A stretch of DNA of 35,613 bases. Source: an uncultured Chthoniobacterales bacterium (lineage in GTDB: Bacteria; Actinomycetota; Acidimicrobiia; Acidimicrobiales; SHLQ01). The notes beneath the pieces were generated by a model that ran no database searches, had not been told where the DNA came from, and saw only the letters and a program-made list of their open reading frames with translations. Shown here piece by piece: positions 1 through 7,917 of this stretch. Position 1 is the stretch's first letter; every line of letters starts with the position of its first letter. The DNA lies in assembly GCA_964196045.1 (NCBI GenBank), contig CAXMRH010000073.1, positions 1 through 35,613 of the forward strand. The letters are read 5' to 3'. The translations under genes were made by a program, and so were the position numbers.

Positions 1-410
1 CCATGCACATTCTGTGCGGCGTCATCTGGAACGAATACGGGACGGCGGTGACGGGCGGAAACATGGAACCGCTGAAGGGGCGGATGGACTTCGAGTTCGA
101 TCCACTCCCGGAAGGTTTCACGGAGCGTGTTACCGAGATCGTCAATGCCGAGATAGCCGCTGATCGACCGATCGAGGTTTCGGTTCTTCCTCGTGACACC
201 GCTCTTGAAGACGCAGATCTCATCCGGACCAAGGTCAATCTGATTCCGGATTTCGTGAAGGACATCCGCATCATTGACATCGTCGGGCTCGACAAACAGG
301 CCGACGGAGGCACCCATGTCCCCTCCACGGGCGAAGTCGGCACCTTCGCAATCGCCAAGACCGAAAGCAAGGGCAAAGGCAACAAACGCATCCGCATCGA
401 GCTGACGTAA
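1..410 (+). CDS. alaX: Free-standing alanyl-tRNA editing protein (AlaX family), C-terminal part, 5'-truncated by the window edge
   Basis: MHILCG (second His of HxxxH), GRMDF, IRIIDIVGLDKQADGGTHV..TGEVG and C-terminal KGKGNKRIRI match the AlaX/tRNA_SAD editing domain; stop at 408-410. Confidence 0.85.
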   Translation, partial: MHILCGVIWNEYGTAVTGGNMEPLKGRMDFEFDPLPEGFTERVTEIVNAEIAADRPIEVSVLPRDTALEDADLIRTKVNLIPDFVKDIRIIDIVGLDKQADGGTHVPSTGEVGTFAIAKTESKGKGNKRIRIELT

Positions 411-433
411 CCATCTGTCGCAATCCCTCGCGG

Positions 434-450
434 GCAACCCTTCGGGTTGC
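434..450 (+). terminator. Short GC hairpin after alaX, possible terminator
   Basis: gcaaccc-ttc-gggttgc, a perfect 7-bp stem 23 nt after the stop; no strong U-tract. Confidence 0.3.
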
Positions 451-483
451 TGCTCCTCGATGCTCGACGGCAACTTACGGCGT

Positions 484-500
484 AAGGGGTCAGGCCCCTT
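484..500. repeat. REP-like palindrome AAGGGGTCAGGCCCCTT, copy 1
   Basis: 6-bp stem around TCAGG; the 15-mer AGGGGTCAGGCCCCT recurs exactly at 6798-6812. Confidence 0.55.
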
Positions 501-513
501 TCAGGCCTGGGGA

Positions 514-560
514 AAATTCGTAGGTTTGCGCGCGCCTAGCGCGCTCGGACCTACAAATTT
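514..560. repeat. Imperfect inverted repeat with GTAG...CTAC (GTAG-type REP-like hairpin)
   Basis: aaattcGTAGgtttgcgcgcg-cctag-cgcgctcggacCTACaaattt; 17 of 21 positions Watson-Crick paired, plus two G:T wobbles. Confidence 0.55.
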
Positions 561-598
561 CGGGCGTGCGTGGAAGAGGGGGGTGAGCCGGAGGCGAT

Positions 599-1015
599 CG
601 ACCATGGGTTCCGCGGATCTCGACCGGAAGTGTCGAGCGTGAGACAGCTAACAAGGTTCGTCGAATCGCGGGTCGACCCAGTCGCCGCCTTCGGTCGCCT
701 TGATGATGGTGACTGTCGAGATCGTCGAATAACGAGCGACACCGGTCGTTGTTGCTCGATTCTGCTCGGTATTCGTCCAAGACTTCGCCGCCGCGCTTTT
801 GACGCCGCGCGGTTTGTCGGCCACTCTCAGAGAAGTCGCGCGTACGTTCGACCGGCCCAGATAGTGCTCTCGCAGTATTCGAGCTCCGTAGGGACGGAAG
901 AGTGGCGTGACGCCAGCCAACCGCATCGGCGAAGCTTTAGGGGGAGCGAAGCTCGCGTAGCGACCATGAGCTCTTCCACGAGTGTCGACCGGCAGTGTCG
1001 ACCGGCAGTGTCGAC
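599..1015. repeat. Imperfect ~40-bp direct repeat (599-636 and 961-1001); the second copy extends into a 13-bp tandem repeat (agtgtcgaccggc x2.7, 981-1015)
   Basis: cgaccatgggttccgcggatctcgaccggaagtgtcga vs cgaccatgagctcttccacgagtgtcgaccggcagtgtcga. Confidence 0.6.
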
Positions 1016-1022
1016 AAATGAC

Positions 1023-1044
1023 TGTCACACCCCATCCCTAAGTT
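1023..1044 (+). promoter_or_regulatory. PafBC/RecA-NDp-like DNA-damage promoter upstream of the MTase operon
   Basis: TGTCAC-N10-TAAGTT matches the TGTCRG-N10-TANNNT layout with exact spacing. Confidence 0.5.
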
Positions 1045-1191
1045 GATCCTCAGCAGTTCGTAGCATGTCCCCGAGCGGTCGGAGACTGGTTACGTACCAG
1101 AGGACCCCCATCTCAAAGTCCATCTCCGAAAGGCCCACTAGTGGACCCCATCGCTTCAATAAAAAATACTCCGGCCGCTCCCGAAGAGGGA

Positions 1192-2766
1192 GTGTCAAGC
1201 CTTCGAAAAGGCGCCACGTCAACCCAGGCCTTTGGTGCGGGTAGGCGAGAGAGCCACGACGCCAGTGAGTTCTACGCCCGGTTTACCCCACCTATCGTCT
1301 CCGACGATGAGACGGTCAACCCGCTGCCGAGCCTCAAGTCGGTCGGCCTCGATGATTGGTGCGTCCATGGAGACGCTCGCAACATGTCGGTCGTACCCGA
1401 TAACTCCGTTGCGTTGGTGGCGACGTCGCCGCCGTACTTTGTCGGCAAGGAGTACGAGCAGGCGGTCGTCGGTGACCGAGATCGGCTACCCGCCATTCCC
1501 ACCACATACCTCGACTACCTGCAGATGTTGCGTGACGTGTTCAGCGAATGCCTGAGGGTGCTCGAGCCCGGCGGCCGCATGGCCGTCAACGTCGCCAACC
1601 TCGGTCGCAAGCCGTACCGCAGTCTGTCCGCGGACGTGATCAACATCTTGCAAGACGACCTCGGCATGCTGTTGCGCGGCGAGATCATCTGGCACAAGGC
1701 CGAGGGCGCCACTGGTTCACTGGCCTGGGGTTCATACCGGTCTGCGACCAACCCCGTACTCCGAGATATCACGGAGCGAGTGATCATCGCGAGCAAGGGT
1801 CGGTTCGACCGGGCCCAGAAGCCAGCGAAACGTGAAGGCGAAGGCCTTCCCCACAAGAGCAGCGTCAGCGCAGATGAGTTCATGGAAGCAACCCTCGATG
1901 TCTGGCGTATCGACCCCGAGAGTGCTCGACGCGTCGGCCACCCGGCGCCGTTCCCGGTCGAGCTGCCACGTCGTTTGATCGATCTGTACACCTTCGAGGG
2001 CGACGTCGTCCTCGACCCCTTCCTCGGCTCCGGGTCGACCGTTGTTGCTGCCGAACGCACGGCACGCACCGGCGTCGGCTTCGATCTGGACGCCGACTAC
2101 ATCGAATTGGCCCGCGAACGGGTCGCCGCAGAACAGGCCCGGCATCGCCACCGGCCCGTCGAATCACAAGGAGATGAACCATTGCCAACACTTCAGGTTC
2201 CCGAAAACATCGACGAACGCGTCGAACACTTCCAGGCTCGCGCCACCAAGGAAGGCAAGAAGGCGCAAGACCTCGCCAAGGAGGTTCTCACCGACGCAGG
2301 CTTCGAGATCATCGCCGAGAAGGTGAAGGTCAAGGGCACGGGGTTGCAGCTCAACTTCGAGATCACCGATCTCGAGGGTGAAAACCGCTACTACGTCGAT
2401 ATGTCCGGCGCATTCACGAGCAGTCGGCCGGGCCTCATGCGGACCGACACGTTGTGGAAGATGCTCGGACGCGCCAACGTCTTGAAGACCACGCATCCAG
2501 ATACGCGGCTACTCGTGCTCACTTCGCATCTCCCCCGGCCGAACAGCGAAGGCGACCGTGCGATGCGGGCCGTTGGTCCGTGGGCACTGTTCGATGCCAT
2601 CGAGATCTTCGACGATCCGGGTGATGGCCTCGATTTCGGCGATTCGGGAACAGCTGCGGGGGTGCAACGACTGCGCAGCTATGCCATACGAGGTGCCACT
2701 GAACCACTCGCGGGATTCTGGTCCGAGGCCGACATCAGCGACCGGTTCAGCACCCGGGGAGCATGA
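1192..2766 (+). CDS. Beta-class N4-cytosine/N6-adenine DNA methyltransferase fused to a C-terminal restriction-endonuclease-like domain
   Basis: Catalytic TSPPY precedes SAM-binding DPFLGSGST; also HPAPFPVELP. Extra ~185-aa C-terminal domain. Start placed at GTG 1192 after GAAGAGGGA (ORF-track start 1141). Confidence 0.9.
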   Translation: MSSLRKGATSTQAFGAGRRESHDASEFYARFTPPIVSDDETVNPLPSLKSVGLDDWCVHGDARNMSVVPDNSVALVATSPPYFVGKEYEQAVVGDRDRLPAIPTTYLDYLQMLRDVFSECLRVLEPGGRMAVNVANLGRKPYRSLSADVINILQDDLGMLLRGEIIWHKAEGATGSLAWGSYRSATNPVLRDITERVIIASKGRFDRAQKPAKREGEGLPHKSSVSADEFMEATLDVWRIDPESARRVGHPAPFPVELPRRLIDLYTFEGDVVLDPFLGSGSTVVAAERTARTGVGFDLDADYIELARERVAAEQARHRHRPVESQGDEPLPTLQVPENIDERVEHFQARATKEGKKAQDLAKEVLTDAGFEIIAEKVKVKGTGLQLNFEITDLEGENRYYVDMSGAFTSSRPGLMRTDTLWKMLGRANVLKTTHPDTRLLVLTSHLPRPNSEGDRAMRAVGPWALFDAIEIFDDPGDGLDFGDSGTAAGVQRLRSYAIRGATEPLAGFWSEADISDRFSTRGA

Positions 2767-3080
2767 GCGCAGTCGCCTATGCCGTCGTGCGGGACGAGCC
2801 GCCAACGGTGTACGCCGCAGACACGATCGACGTGCTCCAGCGCCTGCTGGCGCTCGAGGTCGTGGCCCGATCGTTGCCGGTCGACCTCGACGTCAAGGCT
2901 CGCGAACGAATGCGAAAAGCGCTCCTTGACGAGCGTTGGGCTGATGCCGTCGTCGAGTGGATCGACGCCACGGGCGTGGCCATAGACGTGTACACCCACC
3001 TTCACGTCTATTCCGACGACGACCTTCCGAACGACCTGATCGGTGCACAACTGCAATTCGCACCGCTCTACCGAGACTGA
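2763..3080 (+). CDS. Small acidic hypothetical protein (105 aa), translationally coupled to the MTase
   Basis: ATGA overlap with the MTase stop; gene-like codon usage. Confidence 0.75.
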   Translation: MSAVAYAVVRDEPPTVYAADTIDVLQRLLALEVVARSLPVDLDVKARERMRKALLDERWADAVVEWIDATGVAIDVYTHLHVYSDDDLPNDLIGAQLQFAPLYRD

Positions 3081-3094
3081 TGTCGGTCGGGTAG

Positions 3095-4093
3095 ATGGCA
3101 TCATCACGGACCAAGATCACCGAGATCGTCACTGGCCTTGCGATGCTCGGGTTTCCCAACGTCGACCGGGCGCTGTCTGTCCGGCCAGGCTGGTTCCACA
3201 ACGTGTCCGATGACGAATATGACCTCCTCGCCGATGAGCTCGCTGCTGGTGACTCGGACGAAGAGTTTGCAACGGCGTGGGAGCACGGGCAACGGTTCCT
3301 CGCCTCCGCCGATGGCCTTCGGGGTCGAGTTCCCGATCGCGTGGAATGGCAAGGCCCTGGACGGCCGCCGGGATATGACCAGATCCCTGCCGACCTTCGG
3401 GTCGATCACGTCTATCTGATCAGCTGTAAATACGGGTCGGACATCTTGTTCAACGTGTCGCCAGCTCACGTGTTCGACCGGCTTCTGGCCGAGAGGCGCG
3501 GCGACCGGACCGATTGGTTCCTCGAAGTGGCACCAGAGGCGTACCAGGACCTCTACGAACGCAGTGTGGCGTACGCCGACGTTACCGAGATGCCCGTAGC
3601 TGTGTCTGACCTCGACGGCGAGTCGCGCCTGCGCCTCAAGGATGCGCTGCCCACACGGGGGGCCTGGCCCGACGAGCTCACGAGCCCCTACCGCGACTTC
3701 GTCAACGCCGTATCTGTCGCGACAGCGCACCGCTGGAAGGACAACCTCTCCGACAAGACCAAGGAAGAGGAGATGCTTTGGCGACTGTTGCGATTCCAGC
3801 CAGCTCCCTACTTCGTGCTCGGTGCATCGTCAGACGGGACGCCGCTCCGCTTTCGGGTTGGGACACCGAGCGATTTCCGTCGGCAGTTCTCGATTAGGTC
3901 ATTCGATGTGTGGGCGGATGCGATGGGTCAGCCAATGGTCCGGTGGCGAGCCGAACTCGTTGGAGCGCGTCGTCCGATCGAAGGCCACATCGAGGTCCGC
4001 TGGAGCCGAGGACGCTTCGGCGGTGTTCCCGAGGCAAAGGTGTATCTCGACACTCCTCATCACCAGGTCGCGAACTACCACGAGATCAGCTGA
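3095..4093 (+). CDS. Putative PD-(D/E)xK-fold endonuclease (type II REase-like)
   Basis: IPADLRVDHVYLISCKY resembles the D...SxK active-site variant of type II REases; third gene of the MTase operon; function inferred. Confidence 0.55.
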   Translation: MASSRTKITEIVTGLAMLGFPNVDRALSVRPGWFHNVSDDEYDLLADELAAGDSDEEFATAWEHGQRFLASADGLRGRVPDRVEWQGPGRPPGYDQIPADLRVDHVYLISCKYGSDILFNVSPAHVFDRLLAERRGDRTDWFLEVAPEAYQDLYERSVAYADVTEMPVAVSDLDGESRLRLKDALPTRGAWPDELTSPYRDFVNAVSVATAHRWKDNLSDKTKEEEMLWRLLRFQPAPYFVLGASSDGTPLRFRVGTPSDFRRQFSIRSFDVWADAMGQPMVRWRAELVGARRPIEGHIEVRWSRGRFGGVPEAKVYLDTPHHQVANYHEIS

Positions 4094-4102
4094 CAGCATC
4101 TT

Positions 4103-4705
4103 TCAGAGAGCGTCGATTGCCAAAGCTGCCGTCGGCCATCGGCGAAGGGCGAGTTCGCGGGCCAAGATCGCGTCGCTTGCGACATACGCCTCGAGCTCTG
4201 ATGCGGTGAGTTCGTGAATCGCAGTGCGATCCACCTCCACGGGTTCGAGGCGCAGCAGGCGAGACAATGGTTTCAGTCCACATGGCACGCCAAGCGATGC
4301 TCCGACGTCCGCGCGATAGACGGCATAGGCGTCGAGGTGGCGGTGATCGTGCCAGCGAGCCAGGTAGCCGCCAAGGTGACCAGGTAGAGGGTCTCGACGT
4401 GTACGTGAGCGTTCGTCGGCCACGAGCTGCAACCCGAGGGAAACGCCACCTCTGCTGGCTCGATCGGTCAGGAACGGGAGGTCGAAACGTGCGCCGTTCC
4501 AGGTGACGAGCACCCCGGGAGGCAAGTCGGCGATCGCTGCATCGAGGTCGCTCAGAAGCTCGAGCTCATCGCCGTCGAAAACTTGGGTCCAACCGTCGCC
4601 GGCAAGGGCCACCGCGACGATGGCCGCGAGGTTCGGGTTCAGCCCGTCGAGGGCGGTGTCCGTCTCGATGTCGAGTCCGTAGACGGCAGCGGGGTCGGTG
4701 AGCAC
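4103..4705 (-). CDS. DEDD/DnaQ-like (PolB-type, RNase H fold) 3'-5' exonuclease
   Basis: ExoI GLDIETD, ExoII VTWNGARFDLPFL, ExoIII YVASDA. Confidence 0.85.
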   Translation of the reverse strand: MLTDPAAVYGLDIETDTALDGLNPNLAAIVAVALAGDGWTQVFDGDELELLSDLDAAIADLPPGVLVTWNGARFDLPFLTDRASRGGVSLGLQLVADERSRTRRDPLPGHLGGYLARWHDHRHLDAYAVYRADVGASLGVPCGLKPLSRLLRLEPVEVDRTAIHELTASELEAYVASDAILARELALRRWPTAALAIDAL

Positions 4706-4717
4706 GTCGATGTGTCG

Positions 4718-4739
4718 ACCCTAGCGGCAGGGTCTGTCA
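4718..4739 (-). promoter_or_regulatory. PafBC/RecA-NDp-like promoter for the exonuclease gene
   Basis: Minus strand TGACAG-N10-TAGGGT, 12 nt before the GTG start; one mismatch to TGTCAG. Confidence 0.4.
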
Positions 4740-4742
4740 GCA

Positions 4743-6728
4743 TCAGGTGCGTTCGCAGGCTCGTTTCGTGTCGCCGGTGTTGTTTGGGTTGCCGAAGGTG
4801 CTGCCCGCGCACCGATCTCGGCCGACACCGCCGTCGATGGTGTCTCGTCCGCTTCCGCCTTCGACCTTGTCGCGTCCGAATTGGCCGTACACGCGATCGG
4901 TTCCGGAACCTCCCTGAACCCGGTCCATGCCGCCACCTCCGTAGCCAAGGTCGTTGCCATCATCGCCCTGAAGCCAGTCCGCACCACGCCCGCCGCGCAG
5001 CTCATCGTCCCCGGGGCCGCCGATCAAGCGGTCTTTCCAATAGCCGCCGCGCAGATCGTCATCGCCGAATCCGCCAATGAGGGTGTCTGCCCCCTCGTTG
5101 CCGAACAGCAGATCGTTTCCGATTCCACCGCGGATCACATCGTTGTCTCGACCGCCACAGATCGTGTCGTTTCCGTCCAGCCCGTCGATCTGGTCTGCGC
5201 CAGGCCCGGCGAGGATGACATCGTCACCGTTGGTCCCCATCAGCGTGTCGTCACGAGTAGTGCCCGTGATGGTGGGTTCAAGTCCGTTGCAGAGCCCGAC
5301 GACTGGCTGGTCGATAAAGATGGAGTTGTCCTGCCGATCTGGTCGTGTCACATCGAAGAATCCGTGACGACCAACGTTCCACGCGCGGCGCGACTCTCCA
5401 TCACGTCCAAAAAAGGTTCCGTCATGACCGACGAGGAGGCCACGGTCGATGACCTCGATCGATTGCACACCTTCGAGACCGTCACTTCCAGGATCCCAGA
5501 GGAGGGCATGACCAGTCGCCGGGTCGAGGGCCGCCATCTGGTCGCGGTTCACGACCTCGGGAGCAAATCGGCTGGCGGGTGTGTTGCCAAAGCAGCTGTT
5601 GTTGTTCGTGAATTCACCGTGGCCCGGCCAGGGGTCGGCCGCCAGTTCGCTCTCGACCCAACAGAAGTGGCCACCGATGAATACCGCATCGTCGGAGATG
5701 CCGACTGAATAGGTGCTATCGAAGTTTCGTGCGATCCACAGCGGGTCTGCGTCGTTGTCGTTGATGTTCGTGAGTGAGAAGGCCACAGCTGCGTCTCGCC
5801 CGAGGAACGGGAAGTCGCCGCCGTTGGCGGCCAACACGACGTACGTTCCGTCCGGGGAGACTTCAGCATCGACTGTGTGGATTGATTGCTCGCCAGTTCC
5901 CCAGAAGTTGGTCTTCCACGGGAGCAAGCTGTTGTCGGTGAGGTCGATGAGAGCAAGTCCGCGTCGTTCCTCCGTGCCGATGAAGCGTCCACGATGTGCA
6001 ACGACCAGAACGTTCGCAGGAGTAATGCCGAGATGTTTCGGTCCGAACGGTTCTCCCGCGGACCTCGTCGATCCGGTGATGGGGTGGTCGAACGATGGAT
6101 TGACGTCGCCGGTCACGGGATCCATTTCGGCGAGTCGACCTCGGGCGACGCCGTTCACGGTCTGAAATTCGCCGCCGACGAAGAGACGATCGTTCGACAA
6201 GACGATGTCTCGTACCGGCCCATCGACGTCAGCCGCGAAGTTTGTGTCGACTTCGCCCGTGCTGAGCGTCACTTTGGTCAGGCGACGATGATTGTGTCCG
6301 TTTGCCGAGCCGAACTTTCCGCCGAGCAGAACCGAGTCGGGGCCGGCCGGTTCGACGGCGAGCACGGTGGTGGCGGCGCCGCTCGCGCGCACGAGGGTAG
6401 GGGTGAACGACTCCAACATCTCGCCCGAGTCGATGTGATAGGCGAAGGCGCCCGTCACGGAGGCCACGGTGCCATTCGACCGCCGCACGCTGGTGAAGTC
6501 TCCCGCGACCACGATGTAGTTTCCGACGCGGGCACCGTCGAACACGGTGCCGTTGAGAACCTTCGGCAGGTGTCGGCGTGGAGCTTGCGGGGGAAGTGGG
6601 TCGACGGCTGCCTCCGCTGGTTCTTCCTGTGCGGACGAGATCGCAACCGTGGCGACGACCCCCACGAACACGAGGAACATGGAGGCAACGAGGCCAAGTA
6701 CGGTTGCGCGGCGGCGAAGAAGACCCAT
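4743..6728 (-). CDS. Secreted/surface protein with a beta-propeller-like region and C-terminal RTX (GGxGxD) calcium-binding repeats
   Basis: Arg-rich plus hydrophobic signal/anchor; repeated VAGDF/LGGKF/VGGEF/IGGHF blades; more than a dozen GGxGxDxL-type nonapeptides at ~4790-5260. Confidence 0.8.
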   Translation of the reverse strand: MGLLRRRATVLGLVASMFLVFVGVVATVAISSAQEEPAEAAVDPLPPQAPRRHLPKVLNGTVFDGARVGNYIVVAGDFTSVRRSNGTVASVTGAFAYHIDSGEMLESFTPTLVRASGAATTVLAVEPAGPDSVLLGGKFGSANGHNHRRLTKVTLSTGEVDTNFAADVDGPVRDIVLSNDRLFVGGEFQTVNGVARGRLAEMDPVTGDVNPSFDHPITGSTRSAGEPFGPKHLGITPANVLVVAHRGRFIGTEERRGLALIDLTDNSLLPWKTNFWGTGEQSIHTVDAEVSPDGTYVVLAANGGDFPFLGRDAAVAFSLTNINDNDADPLWIARNFDSTYSVGISDDAVFIGGHFCWVESELAADPWPGHGEFTNNNSCFGNTPASRFAPEVVNRDQMAALDPATGHALLWDPGSDGLEGVQSIEVIDRGLLVGHDGTFFGRDGESRRAWNVGRHGFFDVTRPDRQDNSIFIDQPVVGLCNGLEPTITGTTRDDTLMGTNGDDVILAGPGADQIDGLDGNDTICGGRDNDVIRGGIGNDLLFGNEGADTLIGGFGDDDLRGGYWKDRLIGGPGDDELRGGRGADWLQGDDGNDLGYGGGGMDRVQGGSGTDRVYGQFGRDKVEGGSGRDTIDGGVGRDRCAGSTFGNPNNTGDTKRACERT

Positions 6729-6770
6729 ACGTGCTCATCGGTCACGACTGAGTCCGTTTGGTAGTCCGAA

Positions 6771-6827
6771 CGACCTATCTCTAGGCGACCTATCTCTAGG
6801 GGTCAGGCCCCTATCTTTGGGGTCAGA
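6771..6827. repeat. 15-bp tandem duplication (cgacctatctctagg x2) followed by two GGGGTCAG motifs, including palindrome TAGGGGTCAGGCCCCTA (copy 2)
   Basis: 6771-6785 is identical to 6786-6800; palindrome at 6797-6813; the second GGGGTCAG overlaps the ltaE stop. Confidence 0.6.
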
Positions 6828-7827
6828 TGCTCAGCGCGGCTACGAGGCGCGCTGGAGTGTCGGCGGGGAGGTCCAGGTGGGTCACCATTCGGCTCGAGTC
6901 GGCCTGCACCACGGCCAGGATTCCCGCCGCCTGGAGCGCCGCTGCGGCATCGCCTTCGTAATTGGCGAAGCTCAAGAACACCATGTTGGTCTGCACGCCG
7001 AGTACATCGACACCGTCGACGTCGGCGAGTGCGGCCGAGATCGCGGAGGCCATGTGATGATCGTCCACCACGCGCTCGCGGTGGTTGTCGAGCGCATAGA
7101 CGCCAGCCGCGGCGACGATTCCGACCTGTCGCAGCCCCCCGCCCAACATCTTTCGCCAACGGATGGCACGATCAACGAGCGCTCGGCTGCCAACGAGCAG
7201 GCTGCCCATCGGCGCCCCCAACCCCTTCGACAGGCAAACGGAGATGCTGTCGAATGGGGCAGCGATGTCCGAAACGTCGACATCGAGGGCTGCCGCTGCA
7301 TTCCAGATCCGAGCGCCGTCCAAGTGCATCGACAAGCCCGCTTCATCGACGAGTTCACGCGCCTCGTCGAGGTAGGCCATGGGCAGGACCTTGCCGTCGT
7401 GAGTGTTCTCGAGGGCAAGGAGTTTGGTGCGCGGGAAATGTGGCTCGTCCGGCTTGATCTTCGAACGGACCATGTCGAGGTCGAGCGTGCCGTCCGCTTC
7501 CATCTCGATCGGTTGTGGCTGGATGCTGCCGAGCACCGCCCCGCCACCCGCCTCCTGCTTGTACATGTGTGCGTTCTGGCCGACGATCACCTCTTCGCCG
7601 CGTTCACAGTGTGAGAGCAGAGCGCACAGGTTTGACTGGGTCCCTGACGGGACGTAAAGCGCCGCCTCCTTTCGGAGTAGCGCAGCAGCCTTCTCCTGGA
7701 GCTCTATGACCGTCGGGTCGTCTCCCAAAACATCGTCACCCACGACGGCACTCGACATTGCTTCGCGCATTTCCGGGCCCGGTCGGGTGACGGTGTCACT
7801 TCGAAGGTCGATCACATCTGATGTCAT
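6823..7827 (-). CDS. ltaE: Low-specificity L-threonine aldolase (PLP)
   Basis: [55 protein letters not shown]; start placed at ATG 7827. Confidence 0.93.
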   Translation of the reverse strand: MTSDVIDLRSDTVTRPGPEMREAMSSAVVGDDVLGDDPTVIELQEKAAALLRKEAALYVPSGTQSNLCALLSHCERGEEVIVGQNAHMYKQEAGGGAVLGSIQPQPIEMEADGTLDLDMVRSKIKPDEPHFPRTKLLALENTHDGKVLPMAYLDEARELVDEAGLSMHLDGARIWNAAAALDVDVSDIAAPFDSISVCLSKGLGAPMGSLLVGSRALVDRAIRWRKMLGGGLRQVGIVAAAGVYALDNHRERVVDDHHMASAISAALADVDGVDVLGVQTNMVFLSFANYEGDAAAALQAAGILAVVQADSSRMVTHLDLPADTPARLVAALSI

Positions 7828-7917
7828 GGACTGATTCTGCTCGAACTTTTCGAAGAAGCACGCGAATCGTGGTCTCATCTTCGGTCGAAACCGGGTCTCG
7901 CTTCTAGGCTGCACGTC

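Noticed and set aside
981-1015. Possible CRISPR array or iterons
   Set aside because: Only 2.7 head-to-tail 13-bp units, no spacers, and no cas or rep gene nearby
460-1046. ORFs 460-642, 490-780, 570-1046 and 648-1028 as real genes or an HNH/transposase remnant
   Set aside because: No recognisable motifs, Arg/Ser-rich shadow composition, and they run through palindromes and repeats
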